Positions 40,095 to 50,247 are shown, counted from the first letter of the stretch. The stretch is DNA of 64,000 nucleotides from Polyangiales bacterium (GCA_964202905.1 CAXNJO010000009.1:1-64000), one strand, 5' to 3'. Program-made: numbers and translations. Notes: a model not told the origin generated them from the sequence alone.

Positions 40095-40129
40095 CGACGA
40101 AGGGGGAGGCTCGCGCCTCCCCCTCGTCG
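40095..40129 (-). terminator. GC-rich hairpin downstream of pilQ
   Basis: CGACGA-A-GGGGGAGGC-tcgc-GCCTCCCCC-TCGTCG inverted repeat with no U-tract. Confidence 0.55.
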
Positions 40130-40157
40130 ATCACGCCCATCGTCGCGCCGACTGGCG

Positions 40158-42347
40158 CTACTGCACCGTCGACTCGGCGCGGTTCACGATGCGCGGCGTC
40201 AAGAAGATCAGCAGCTCGCTGCGCTCGTCCCGGACGCGGCGCCGCTGGAACAGCAGGCCGAGGATCGGGATGTCGCCGAGCACGGGGATCTGGTCGCGGT
40301 TGCGGCCCGCGGTGCGCGTGTAGATGCCGCCGATGACGGCCGTGTGCCCGTCCTCGACGAGCAGCTCCGTCTCCGCCTCGCGCTTGAGGATGGTGGGGTC
40401 GCCTCGGACCGAGGTGCGCGAGAAATCGGGCTCGTCGCGCGTGATCTTCACGTGCATCGAGACCGAGCCGTCGCTCGTGACGTGCGGGCGCACGCGGAGT
40501 TCGAGTTTCGCTTCCTGGAAGGCGGTCTGCACGCCCTGCGCGCTCACCTGCGAGTACGGGATCAGGGTCCCCTGCGCGATGTGCGCCTCGTGGTTGTCGA
40601 GCGTCAGGATCCGCGGACTCGACACGATGCGCAGGTTTCCGTTCGCCTCGGCCGCCGAGAGGCGGACGGCGAGGTTCACGTTGCCCCCCACCGATCCGAG
40701 CGAGACGCCGATGGCGCCACCCGCGCCGGCACCGACCGCCGCCGGCAGGTTCACGGCGAAGTTCGAGGGCAGGATGGGCGCACCGGTGAAGGGCGAGAGA
40801 CCCGCCGTCTGCGTCTGGGCATCGTAGGCACCGCCCGCGACGCCGATCGTCGACGGGAACGTGAGCCCCGTCGGGTTGCCCGTGGAGGCGCCCGCCGTGA
40901 CGTCACCGCCCCACTGGATGCCGACGTCGCGGAGGTACTGGCTCGTCGCCTCGACGATGCGCGCCTCGACGAGCACCTGCGGGGTCTGCGTGTCGAGCGT
41001 GCGCACGAGCTCCTCGACGTCGTCGAGGTTCTCGACGATGTCGCGGACGATGAGCACGTTCGTGCGCTCGTCGACCGAGACGTTGCCGCGTGACGAGAGC
41101 AGGTCGCGGACGCGCGGCTGGAGATTGGTCGCGCTCGCGTAGCTCACCGGGACGATCCGCGTCTCGAGCGGCGCGAGATCGACGTTCTGCTTGCGACGGG
41201 CGAGCGCGAGCTCGCGCTCCTTCTCGAGCGTCGTCAGCAACGCGACGCGGATGAGGTTGCCGCGGCGCACCATGCCGAGCCCCTTGGCCTGGAGGATGAC
41301 GTCGAGCGCCTGATCCCAGGGGACGTTGCGCATCCGGATCGTGACCGACCCCGCGACGTCGTCGCTCGTGATGATGTTGACACCGCCGACCTCCGCGAGG
41401 AGCCGCAGGATGTTGTGGATGTCTGCGTCCTTGAAGTCGAGATCGATGCGACGCCCCGAGAAGCGCTGCCCGCCGCGCACATCGCGGACCTGCAGCGCGA
41501 CGTCGCTGAGGAACCCAGCGACCTCGGCCGTGTCGCCCTCTCCCTCGTCCGCTGCGTCGTCCGACACGCGCTCGCGCGCCACCGTGCGCGAACGCGTCCG
41601 GCGCTCGGCGTGCGGGTCCGCCGCGAAGAGCCACACGACGCGGTTGCCCTCGCGGATCGCGGTCGCCGTCGCGCCCGCCTGCTGGTCGGCGTCGAGGATC
41701 ACGCGCCCGGCGCCGCGCGAGATGCGCAGCCCGCGCAGCGCGCTCGCCGCATCGCCGCTCAGCTGCGCGGGGACGTCCTCGGAGAGCGACGCGCCGGGCA
41801 ACTCGAGACGCGCGCGACCGTGGCCGGTCGGCACGACGCGGAAGTCCGAGGGCCGGTCGAGCTGCACGATCACCCGCTCGCGCCCGTCGCGGCGCTCGAT
41901 CGAGACGCCTCGTACGGTGCTCGGGCCGCTCACCGCCGGGCTCTCGCCCTCGGCCGCGACCGCCTCGAGGGGCTCGAAGGACACGATGATGCGCCCGCGC
42001 TCGACCCGCGCCCGGTACGCGGCGGGGCGCGCGAGGGCGACCTCGATCCGCACGCCGCGCGCCGTCGTGCTCGCGGTCGTCCGCGCGACGAGCGGGCTCG
42101 AGCCGGCGACGCTCGCCCCGTCGGGGAGCGAGGCGCCGCTCACGTCGAGCACGACGGTCAGCCCGCCGTCCCGAGCACGCACCGCGTAGGACGGCTCCTC
42201 GAAATCGCCGCGAACGACGAGCTCCGCGTGCCCGTCGCCGGACTCGAGGGCGACTCCCACTGCCATTCTCTCGGGGCTCTGAGCGTGGGCCGTAGCCGCA
42301 AGGCCGAGCATGACGCCGAGCGCCAAGCGGCCAATTCGATCGCGCAT
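40158..42347 (-). CDS. pilQ: Type IV pilus secretin PilQ
   Basis: Signal peptide, AMIN-like domains, IDLDFKDADI, VPWDQAL, PQVLVEARIVE, IPVLGDIPILGLLF, ELLIFLTPRI. Confidence 0.96.
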   Translation of the reverse strand: MRDRIGRLALGVMLGLAATAHAQSPERMAVGVALESGDGHAELVVRGDFEEPSYAVRARDGGLTVVLDVSGASLPDGASVAGSSPLVARTTASTTARGVRIEVALARPAAYRARVERGRIIVSFEPLEAVAAEGESPAVSGPSTVRGVSIERRDGRERVIVQLDRPSDFRVVPTGHGRARLELPGASLSEDVPAQLSGDAASALRGLRISRGAGRVILDADQQAGATATAIREGNRVVWLFAADPHAERRTRSRTVARERVSDDAADEGEGDTAEVAGFLSDVALQVRDVRGGQRFSGRRIDLDFKDADIHNILRLLAEVGGVNIITSDDVAGSVTIRMRNVPWDQALDVILQAKGLGMVRRGNLIRVALLTTLEKERELALARRKQNVDLAPLETRIVPVSYASATNLQPRVRDLLSSRGNVSVDERTNVLIVRDIVENLDDVEELVRTLDTQTPQVLVEARIVEATSQYLRDVGIQWGGDVTAGASTGNPTGLTFPSTIGVAGGAYDAQTQTAGLSPFTGAPILPSNFAVNLPAAVGAGAGGAIGVSLGSVGGNVNLAVRLSAAEANGNLRIVSSPRILTLDNHEAHIAQGTLIPYSQVSAQGVQTAFQEAKLELRVRPHVTSDGSVSMHVKITRDEPDFSRTSVRGDPTILKREAETELLVEDGHTAVIGGIYTRTAGRNRDQIPVLGDIPILGLLFQRRRVRDERSELLIFLTPRIVNRAESTVQ

Positions 42348-42435
42348 GTTCATCTCCTGGTCAACTGCTTCGGGGCCATCATCGACCGGCTCTCGGCGTG
42401 GACGCAAAAAAGCGGTTCGTGGTACCCCGTCGCCC

Positions 42436-44376
42436 ATGACCACCGCACGCGGCTGGAAGGCCAAGCTCCGCTATCGCGCCGACGAGTTCCTCGGCGGGGG
42501 CGCGGGCAAACAGCTCGCGTTCCTCTTCGCTCTCACCTGCCTGCTCGTCGCGGGGTTCACCGGTCTCGCCGCGCTCGCGTCGCGCACGGCGCCTGAGCTG
42601 CACATCGCGGACGGGGACGTCGTCGATCAGGCCTGGTGGTACTTCACCCGCCTCATCGACGCCGGCACGATGGGCGGCGACACCGGCACCGTGAACCGGG
42701 TCGTGTCCACCGCCGCGACGATCCTCGGCGTGGTGGTCGCCGGCCTCCTCATCTCGTCGCTCGCGGGGAACTTCCAAGAGCGGCTCGAGGCCATCAAGCA
42801 GGGCGGATCTCCCGTCATGGAAGAGGGCCATTTCCTCATCCTCGGCTGGTCCGAGAAGATCTTCCCGGTGATCGATCAGCTCGCGGAGGCCTACGCCGGC
42901 GAGTCGCTGGTCTGCGTGGTGCTGGCAGAGCAGGACAAACTCGAGATGGAGGCCGCGCTCCGCGACAAGGTCGTGAACACCTCGCGCGTGAAGCTCGTCG
43001 TTCGCTCGGGGAGCAGCGTCTCGCTGAACGACCTCGAGCGCGTGTCCTTCGCCGAGGCGCGCGCGGTCGTCGTCCTCGTCGATCAGCGGGACGTCGAGGA
43101 TCCGAACCGCGCCGACGGGCGGATCATCAAGACGCTCCTCGCCCTCTACAACCACCCGCAGACCCGCGGCCATGCGCGTCCGCCGCGCGTCACCGCCGAG
43201 GTGATGCTCGCAGAGAACCAGGAGATCGCGCTCATCGCCTCCAACGGGCGCGCGCAGGTCGTCAAGACGAACGAGCTCATCTCGAAGATCCTGCTGCAGA
43301 CATCCCGCATCGCGGGCCTCTCGCTCGTGTACGACGAGCTGCTCCGCTTCGAGGGCAACGAGATCCACTACAAGCGCGTGCCGCAGGTCGTCGGTCGGCG
43401 CTTCGCGGACGTGCTCCTCGACTTCCCGAACGGCCTCGTCGTCGGCACCGCGCGCAGCGATGGATCCGGCCACCGGCTCAACCCTCCCCCCGACACCGTG
43501 ATCCAGGCCGAGGACGAGCTGCTCATCCTCGCCGAGGACGCGGACATCCGGTACGCCCCCTACGCGGGGCCGCTGCGCTTCGACGCGCTGCCGCGGCTCG
43601 AGGCGGCGGCGCGGCGGCCCGTCGAGCACATGCTCGTCCTCGGGTGGAACGAGAAGGTCTTCCCGATTCTCCGTGAGTTCGACAGCTACGTCGGCGCGGG
43701 CTCGACGCTCACGCTCGTGAACTCGCTGCCCGAGGCGGACCGGCTCGCTCGGCTCGCCGAGAACGTCGGCGCGCTCGCGAACGTGTCGGTCCGCCACATC
43801 GTCGGGGCGTTCACGAGCCGCACCCTCATGGAGGAGCTGCAACCGCAGCGCTATCCGACAGTCATGGTGCTCGGCGACGCGCTCGACTCGCGGAGCGCGG
43901 AGGACGCCGACACGCGCGCCATCATCGCGCTGCTCCTGCTGCGGGACGCGCGGCGGCGGCACGGCGTGCCTCGGCAGGAGGTCTGCTCGGAGATCCTCGA
44001 TCCCAAGAACCGTGAGCTCGCTGCGACGACGGAGATCAACGACATCGTCATCAGCAACGAGATGGTGTCGATGGTGCTCGCGCAGATCACGTACGAGCCG
44101 CGCGTGCGCGCCGTCCTCGAAGACCTGTTCCAGTCCGACGGCAGCGAGATCTACCTGAAGCCCCTCGAACTCTACGTGCCGCCCGGGCAGACCACGACGG
44201 TCGAGTACCTGGCGCTCGCGGCGCACGCGCGCGGCGAGGTGCTGATGGGCGTCCAGCGCTTCACCGACGACGCCTCGAAGCGCTTCGGGCTCGCACTGAA
44301 CCCGAAGGACCGCGGCGCGGCCTTCACCCCCGGCCCGAGCGACCGGGTCATCGTCCTCGCCGAGGACGATGGCTGA
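42436..44376 (+). CDS. CASTOR/POLLUX(DMI1)-related ion channel with tandem RCK domains
   Basis: TM, pore WWYFTRLIDAGTMGGD, TM; HFLILGWS and HMLVLGWN RCK starts; ELLRFEGNEI and DLFQSDGSEIYLKP. Confidence 0.88.
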   Translation: MTTARGWKAKLRYRADEFLGGGAGKQLAFLFALTCLLVAGFTGLAALASRTAPELHIADGDVVDQAWWYFTRLIDAGTMGGDTGTVNRVVSTAATILGVVVAGLLISSLAGNFQERLEAIKQGGSPVMEEGHFLILGWSEKIFPVIDQLAEAYAGESLVCVVLAEQDKLEMEAALRDKVVNTSRVKLVVRSGSSVSLNDLERVSFAEARAVVVLVDQRDVEDPNRADGRIIKTLLALYNHPQTRGHARPPRVTAEVMLAENQEIALIASNGRAQVVKTNELISKILLQTSRIAGLSLVYDELLRFEGNEIHYKRVPQVVGRRFADVLLDFPNGLVVGTARSDGSGHRLNPPPDTVIQAEDELLILAEDADIRYAPYAGPLRFDALPRLEAAARRPVEHMLVLGWNEKVFPILREFDSYVGAGSTLTLVNSLPEADRLARLAENVGALANVSVRHIVGAFTSRTLMEELQPQRYPTVMVLGDALDSRSAEDADTRAIIALLLLRDARRRHGVPRQEVCSEILDPKNRELAATTEINDIVISNEMVSMVLAQITYEPRVRAVLEDLFQSDGSEIYLKPLELYVPPGQTTTVEYLALAAHARGEVLMGVQRFTDDASKRFGLALNPKDRGAAFTPGPSDRVIVLAEDDG

Positions 44377-44439
44377 CGCGTCGAGCCCCGCGCAGCCCGC
44401 GCACCTCGGGCAGCGCGGAGCGACTCGCTGAATGGCGAT

Positions 44440-45036
44440 TCAGCGCTGCGGCAGCTCGTTCGGGTCGTGCAGCGGCAGCACCCGCGTGAGCGGCGGACGG
44501 TTCGGCGCCGTCGGGTCCTCGCGGGTGAGGACCACCTCTCCATCGCGGATCCGGTCGACGCGCCAGTTGAGAACGACGGAGATGCCATCCTCACCACCGG
44601 TCTGGACCGTCTCGCCGCGCCCGATGTAGTCGCCGCGCTCGACCGCGTAACCCACGCGCGCGCCGTCGAGGAACATCGCGCGCGGGTTCGCGACCCCGCT
44701 GACGATGGCGATGAGTTGCAACTCATCGATGCCCATCGTCGGCATGATCACGGTGCGCTGCGGGGCGTCGAGCGGACGCGCGCGGAACATCTTCGCGAAG
44801 CTGCGGAAGGGGTCGCGGTTGACGTTGGATTCGACGAAGTCGTCGTCCTGAAAGCGGGGACCCGCCGTGCCGGCGTCGACCCCAGCGTCGACCGGCGCGG
44901 CTGGTGTCCCGCCCGCGGGTGCCGTGCCCCCGGCGGGCGGAGGCGGCGGGGGGCCCGCCTGATAGTCGGGCTCGCAGCCCGCACCGAGGAGCGCGACCGC
45001 GACGAGCAGCACGGAGAGGTTCGCGGGGGTACGCAT
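44440..45036 (-). CDS. pilP: Type IV pilus lipoprotein PilP
   Basis: Lipobox LGAGC, RDPF, ELQLIAIV, position after pilO. Confidence 0.9.
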   Translation of the reverse strand: MRTPANLSVLLVAVALLGAGCEPDYQAGPPPPPPAGGTAPAGGTPAAPVDAGVDAGTAGPRFQDDDFVESNVNRDPFRSFAKMFRARPLDAPQRTVIMPTMGIDELQLIAIVSGVANPRAMFLDGARVGYAVERGDYIGRGETVQTGGEDGISVVLNWRVDRIRDGEVVLTREDPTAPNRPPLTRVLPLHDPNELPQR

Positions 45037-45656
45037 CACTGGGCTCCTGCCGCAGCGGGGGCTGCGGGCGCAGCGGGGGGCGTCGGCAGGCGGAACGTCG
45101 TGGCGAGCACGGCGACCTTCAGCAAGACGTCCTCCCCGGCGACGGCCGGGTCGGTGAGCCGGACGTTCTCCATGCTGATCGCGCGGTCGAGCTGGCTCAC
45201 GTTGAAGAAGAACTTCGCGACCTGGTGGTAACGCCCGGAAAACGCGAGGGAGACGGGGATCTTCACGTACTGCGGCTCGGCCTCGTCCGGCCGCGGCTCG
45301 ACCAGCTCGAGGCGCAAGCCGCTCAGCTCCGCGAGGCGGTTGAGGTCTTGGAGGAAGGACGGGATCTCGGCGCGCTCGGGGAGGGTGCGCTTGTTCTGGC
45401 GGTCGATGGCGGCGCGGCCGTCGAGCTCGGCGCGCACCCGCAGGTACTCGCGCTGCCGCTCCTCGGCCTGCGCGAGCTGCTGCCGCAGCTGCATGTTCGT
45501 GCCGTCCGCCTCCTCGATCTCCGTGACGAGCGGCGTGTGCAGCGCGAGGTAGTAGACGAGGCCGATGATCGCCCCGAGCAGGATGCCGAGGAAGACCTTG
45601 GCCGCAGCGGGGAGCGCGCCGAACGACTGCGCTTGCTTCTTGGCGGGCGGGGCCAT
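45036..45656 (-). CDS. pilO: Type IV pilus protein PilO
   Basis: TM, coiled coil, LPERAEIPSFL, GRYHQVAKFF. Confidence 0.92.
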   Translation of the reverse strand: MAPPAKKQAQSFGALPAAAKVFLGILLGAIIGLVYYLALHTPLVTEIEEADGTNMQLRQQLAQAEERQREYLRVRAELDGRAAIDRQNKRTLPERAEIPSFLQDLNRLAELSGLRLELVEPRPDEAEPQYVKIPVSLAFSGRYHQVAKFFFNVSQLDRAISMENVRLTDPAVAGEDVLLKVAVLATTFRLPTPPAAPAAPAAAGAQ

Positions 45657-46321
45657 CAGTAGATCACCTTGCAGGTCAGCTCGAAGCCGATGAGCGAGAG
45701 CTGCGTCTCGGGGTCGACGGCGGCCTGGGTGCGCTGGAGCGTCACCTCCTCGAACATGTCGGAGAGCGCGAGTCGCGCGAGGAACTCGGCCACGTCTTCA
45801 TTCGTCTTGCCGACGCCCTTGATGTGGCAGGAGCGGTGCTCCTCCTCGAACTGCGAGATCCACAGGCGACGCGAGTCCCAGCCCGCGTTGTAGCCGGCGA
45901 GCGGATTCTCGCGGCGGATCTCGTCGAGCCGCTGCGGGTCGATCGTCGGGCCGCCACGGGAACCCTCGCTGAGGATCTTCGCGATCTCCATGAGGACGCG
46001 CGTCGGACCGAGCTGCGCGCGCTGCAACTCGCCGACGACGCGCTCGAGCTCTCGACTCTGGTTGAGGCGCCCCTGCAGCTCCTCGAGCATCGCGCTGTTG
46101 GCTTGCGCGTCGCTGATCTGGCGCCGGAGGTCGGCGTTGACCTGGAGTTTCTCCTCGAGGACGCCGCGGTCGATCACGTAGAGCGCCAGGAGGGCGCCGC
46201 CGGTCACGAGCGCGATGAAGGCGTAGGCGACGAACCACGCTTGCCCACCGGCGCTCGACGAGGAGGCCGCGGCGCCCTTCGCGCCGCGCTTCTGCCCGGG
46301 AAGGAGGTTGATGCGGATCAC
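45656..46321 (-). CDS. pilN: Type IV pilus protein PilN
   Basis: IRINLLP motif, TM, coiled coil; GTGA overlap with pilM. Confidence 0.92.
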   Translation of the reverse strand: MIRINLLPGQKRGAKGAAASSSSAGGQAWFVAYAFIALVTGGALLALYVIDRGVLEEKLQVNADLRRQISDAQANSAMLEELQGRLNQSRELERVVGELQRAQLGPTRVLMEIAKILSEGSRGGPTIDPQRLDEIRRENPLAGYNAGWDSRRLWISQFEEEHRSCHIKGVGKTNEDVAEFLARLALSDMFEEVTLQRTQAAVDPETQLSLIGFELTCKVIY

Positions 46322-47373
46322 GACGTCTGCTCCCGATCCTTGCGGAGCGCGAGCCCGCACGCGACCACGGCCTGAAGCTCGCGGCCCCCGAACAAGAGCG
46401 CGTCGACGCGCTTCGGGTCGGGCGTCGCGACCCGTGTCACGTCGAGGGTCTCGACGGGCACACGCGCGCGGCGCGCGACCGAGTCACGGAGCGCCGCGAC
46501 GTTCGCCGTGCCGCCCGAGACGACGATGCGATCGACGTCCCGATCGCCGCTCGTCGCGAGGTAGAAATCGAGGGAGCGCTGGATCTCGCCGGCGAGCCCC
46601 TCGACCGCCTGCCCGATGATCTCCGGCACTTCCTTCGGCACGAGGCCGCGCGCGCCGCCGCACTTGAAGGCCTCGGCCTCTTCCTGCGAGATGTTGAGGC
46701 GGCGCTGGATCTCCTCGGTGATCGCGTTGCCACCGTTGGCGATGTCACGCGTGAACGCCGTCGCCCCCGCGGAGAGGATGTTGAGCGTCGTGAGGGAGGC
46801 GCCGACATGCAGGAGCACCACCGTCTGCCCCGGCTGCGGCGCACCGAACGCGACCTCGAAGCAGTTCTGCACGGCGAAGGCGTCGAGGTCGACGACGCGC
46901 GGCTTGAGCTTCGCCTGGACCGCGAGGTTCGTGAGGTCGGTCAACTCCTCTTTCTTCGCGGCGACGAGCAGCACGTCCATCTGCCCCTGCGCGGCCCGCT
47001 GCGTGAGGATCTGGTAATCGATCTGCACATCCGACAACTCGAACGGGATGTGCTGTTCGGCCTCCCAGCCGATCTGCTCGGAGAGCTCATCGGCCGTCAT
47101 CATGGGCATCGTGATCTTCTTGATGATCACGGAGTGCCCGCTGGCGCGGAGCGCGACGTCACGGCGCTTCTGCTTGTGGAAGAGCCTCTCGAGGCCCTCC
47201 ACGATGGCGCCGGCGTTCATCACGTGGCCATCGACCACGGTCTGCGGAGGAAGCGGGTGATAGCCAAAGCGCACGAGTGCGCGCTGGCCCTTACGCTTCT
47301 CTTCGATTTCGCAGACCTTGATCGAGCTCGACCCGATGTCGACCCCGACGAGGTTCTTCCCTTCTGAGGACAT
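46318..47373 (-). CDS. pilM: Type IV pilus protein PilM
   Basis: VGVDIGSSSIK, EAEQHIPF, VLLVAAKK, EIQRSLDFY, SGGTA. Confidence 0.96.
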   Translation of the reverse strand: MSSEGKNLVGVDIGSSSIKVCEIEEKRKGQRALVRFGYHPLPPQTVVDGHVMNAGAIVEGLERLFHKQKRRDVALRASGHSVIIKKITMPMMTADELSEQIGWEAEQHIPFELSDVQIDYQILTQRAAQGQMDVLLVAAKKEELTDLTNLAVQAKLKPRVVDLDAFAVQNCFEVAFGAPQPGQTVVLLHVGASLTTLNILSAGATAFTRDIANGGNAITEEIQRRLNISQEEAEAFKCGGARGLVPKEVPEIIGQAVEGLAGEIQRSLDFYLATSGDRDVDRIVVSGGTANVAALRDSVARRARVPVETLDVTRVATPDPKRVDALLFGGRELQAVVACGLALRKDREQTS

Positions 47374-47382
47374 GGGCGAGCA

Positions 47383-47600
47383 TCACTCCTCCTCGCCGAA
47401 CACGCGCACGCGGTCGTCGAGGCTCAGACCCAAGGCCTCGAGGATCTTCCGCTTGGTGTCCATGCGGCACCCGAAGCCCTTCTCGATGCGATCGATGGTT
47501 AAAACCGAGAGATTCGCACGACGCGCCAGCTCCGCCTTGGACATCATCCGCTCGATGCGGATCTTGCGGACGTTGTTCTTCTGCTTGGCCGCGCCCGCAG
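47383..47600 (-). CDS. XRE-family helix-turn-helix regulator; conserved domain only, start uncertain
   Basis: NNVRKIRIERMMSKAELARRANLSVLTIDRIEKG...TKRKILEALG directly upstream of pilM. The frame is open to 48039 through low-complexity sequence. Confidence 0.8.
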
Positions 47601-48080
47601 GTGCGGCCTGCTTGCGCCCGCCCCGAGGCGACTCCGGGGCGGATTCCTGCTCCGCAGGCCGCTGTGATGCTGACGGCTGTGCTGGCGGCGGCTGACCCGC
47701 CGACGGCGCAATCGCCGACGGCTGCCCCGTGGACTCGCCCGCGGGGGACGACGCGAGGGTGACCTCGGGGTGTTCCCGCGTTGCCCCGCGCCCACGCGCG
47801 GCGGAAGCCACCAGTGCTGCGGACTGCGTGGTCGACGTGCCGCGCACCGCGGGCGGCGGCGCGCTCCTCGTCCTGCGCCGCCGGCGGCCCCCGAAGTGCC
47901 ACCCTGGCTCCCCGCGGCGAGCGCCACCTCGTGGGTGGGCTCGTTCGACGGCGCGTCGGCCGGGTCGATGGGGAGGTCGTGCGGTGACATCGGTGGGGTG
48001 GTGCGACCGGGAGGCGCCTGCCCCGCCGGAAACCACCACGTTATGGGGGCCGGACGTGAGTCGTCAAGGAATATGGGGTT

Positions 48081-48094
48081 AATTAGACCTAATT
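48081..48094. promoter_or_regulatory. Palindrome AATTAG-AC-CTAATT in an AT-rich divergent promoter region
   Basis: Perfect 6-2-6 inverted repeat in one of the most AT-rich patches of the window. Confidence 0.5.
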
Positions 48095-48372
48095 CATAGG
48101 CCATTGGATCGAAGGTTCGCGATCTTCAACGCCCGGGGCGCGATCCGAGGACGCGATGACGTGCCCACGACGCGCCCGGAAGACCGAGCTGGTCTCGTGC
48201 TTGCTCTCGGTTGTCAAACAGCGATCGACATCCACCCCCGCACGATCGCGGCTGTGCGGGCGACTGTCTCACTTCGCAGGGTGCGGCGCAAAAAAGTCGC
48301 ATCGGCCCCGCGGCGCTGAAAAGACAACCGGCCCGGACACGCTGCGCGTCCATCGGTCATAGTCCGGCCTCC

Positions 48373-49419
48373 GTGCCCCGCTTCCCCGCCGCGTTCGCGC
48401 TCGCCGCGCTGCTCGTCGTTGTTCCGGTGCTCGCGCCCCGCGTCGCCCGGGCGCAGCGACGCCCCGCCGCGCAGGCGACGGCCACGCCGCGTGAGCATCG
48501 GGTGCGCGCGGGCCAGAACCTGGCGCGCATCGCACGCCGCTACGCGATCCCGGTCGAGGCGCTCGCCGCGGCGAACCGCCTGCGCCCCGACTCGGCCCTC
48601 CAACTCGGGCAGCGCCTGGCGATCCCGGTCGCGGGGACGGTCGCCGTGCGGCGCGGGGACACGGTCGAGAGCCTCGCGCGGCGCCACGGCGTGCCGAGCG
48701 AGGCGCTGAGGCGCGCGAACCACCTGCGCGAGGGCGCGACGTTGCGCGCCGGTGAGGCCCTCGTGCTGCCGGGCTCGCTCGCGGACCGGAGCCCGGCGAG
48801 CCGCTGGGGACAGCCGCGGCGGCCGGGCGTGGCGACCCTCACGCGGCTCGCGACGCACCGCACCGCCAAGGTGCGCCTCGTCGACCGACGCGGCGTCGCG
48901 CGGCGTCAGGCGCTGCGCGACCTCGCCGCACTGCTCGCGCCGCGGCACGGAGGCGGACGCAAGGAGCCGCACCCGCGCCTCGTCCGGCTGCTGGCCCGGG
49001 TGAGCGATCACTTCGGCGGTCGACCGGTCGAGGTCGTGAGCGGCGTGCGGCCGGCCGGCGGCTTCACGCGGCGCGAGAGTCGGCACGTCGCCGGTGAGGC
49101 GATCGACTTCCGCATCCGAGGCGTTCCGAACACGGAATTGCGCGACTTCTGCCAGTCCTTCGATCACGTCGGTGTCGGCTACTACCCGAACAGCCTGTTC
49201 GTACACCTCGACGTGCGGCGCGAGAGCGCGACCTGGGTCGACCTCTCGCGCCCCGGCGAGGCACCGACATACGCGCGCCAGGGGGGCGGCACGGTCACGG
49301 ACACGGCGGACGACACGGGCGCCGCGGGCGACGACGACGAGGCCGGTGGCGAGCCAGAGTCCTCGGACGACGGCGCGGCTCCGGTCGACGACGCCCCCGG
49401 GCAACTCAGCGACGAGTGA
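48373..49419 (+). CDS. LysM x2 plus peptidase M15A (YcbK/DUF882-like) cell-wall hydrolase
   Basis: Signal peptide; two LysM repeats; SRHVAGEAIDF...GVGYYP..FVHLDVR zinc motif. Confidence 0.88.
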   Translation: MPRFPAAFALAALLVVVPVLAPRVARAQRRPAAQATATPREHRVRAGQNLARIARRYAIPVEALAAANRLRPDSALQLGQRLAIPVAGTVAVRRGDTVESLARRHGVPSEALRRANHLREGATLRAGEALVLPGSLADRSPASRWGQPRRPGVATLTRLATHRTAKVRLVDRRGVARRQALRDLAALLAPRHGGGRKEPHPRLVRLLARVSDHFGGRPVEVVSGVRPAGGFTRRESRHVAGEAIDFRIRGVPNTELRDFCQSFDHVGVGYYPNSLFVHLDVRRESATWVDLSRPGEAPTYARQGGGTVTDTADDTGAAGDDDEAGGEPESSDDGAAPVDDAPGQLSDE

Positions 49420-49459
49420 CGCGCCGGAGCCCGAGACGGTCGCGCGCTGCCCGGACGCC

Positions 49460-49702
49460 TCAAGGCATGATCGCGCAGGGGTTCTCGAGGCTTCGCGCCC
49501 CCTCGCAGCGCTGATCGACGCACGCCGCGAGCAGGCCGCACACCGCGCCGGCATTGCAGTCAGCGACGGAGGCACACGCGCGTCCTTCGGGACGGGGCGG
49601 GTCCTGCGGCTCGGGCGGGCACCCGGTGAGCCCCACGGCGAGCGACGCAAGGAGGAGAATGAGCCTCGAACGCCCGGCGACCCCGCACCGCTCACCGCGC
49701 AT
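49460..49702 (-). CDS. Small Cys-rich lipoprotein (about 80 aa)
   Basis: LILLLASLAVGLTGC lipobox followed by six further Cys. Confidence 0.65.
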   Translation of the reverse strand: MRGERCGVAGRSRLILLLASLAVGLTGCPPEPQDPPRPEGRACASVADCNAGAVCGLLAACVDQRCEGARSLENPCAIMP

Positions 49703-50087
49703 CGCTCGCACCGTCTCCCGCGTCCGTGGACGCTGCAGCCGGCGCACCGGCGTCGGCCGGGGGAGAAGGTGGCGCAAAGTCCCGGGAGCGCCAGTCGCGC
49801 GGCCCGATCGCCGGAGGCACGAGCCGCGGCCGTGCACCGCGCACGGCGTCCTCGAGATCGAGGTCAGGCAGCGGCGCGGGCGCCCCGGCATCCTCGGCCC
49901 CGCCATCCGTCGAGGCCGCACCGGGCCCCGCGTCGCGTCCCGCCGCGAAGTCGGGATCGAGCGCAGGCGGGACGGGCTGCGCACCGCCCACGCAACCGCC
50001 GAGCAGAACGACGGGCAGAACGAACCGCAGCACGGCTGCGCCCCACCTGCGCTGCGCGGGCGCAGGCGCGATCAGGCGGGACGTCAT
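49692..50087 (-). CDS. Small lipoprotein
   Basis: GGAGGAG RBS; VLPVVLLGGC lipobox; DAG low-complexity repeats. Confidence 0.65.
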   Translation of the reverse strand: MTSRLIAPAPAQRRWGAAVLRFVLPVVLLGGCVGGAQPVPPALDPDFAAGRDAGPGAASTDGGAEDAGAPAPLPDLDLEDAVRGARPRLVPPAIGPRDWRSRDFAPPSPPADAGAPAAASTDAGDGASDAR

Positions 50088-50116
50088 CGGCTCCTCCGGC
50101 GCATGGCGGCTCCCCA

Positions 50117-50132
50117 AGCACGCGGGGTGCCA
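50117..50132 (-). promoter_or_regulatory. Sigma54 (-24/-12) promoter
   Basis: The minus strand reads TGGCAC-CCCGC-GTGCT with exact GG-N10-GC spacing, 30 bp upstream of the ATG at 50087. Confidence 0.75.
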
Positions 50133-50229
50133 TCCATGTGCGCGCCGCGGAAACGGCGTCGAGCGCGTCGCTGGAGCCGCCGCAGAGGGACGCGACACCC
50201 GGCCGTGCGGCGCAGCGGCGCCCGCGCGC

Positions 50230-50245
50230 GGCACAGCCCGGCACA
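50230..50245. promoter_or_regulatory. Candidate enhancer: GGCACA direct repeat, 10-bp period
   Basis: GGCACAgcccGGCACA about 100 bp upstream of the sigma54 promoter; the same motif recurs at 55395-55420. Confidence 0.55.
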
Positions 50246-50247
50246 CG

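Noticed and set aside
42400..44440. Mobile element carrying the channel gene
   Set aside because: No transposase, terminal inverted repeats or target duplication seen, and the composition resembles the host.
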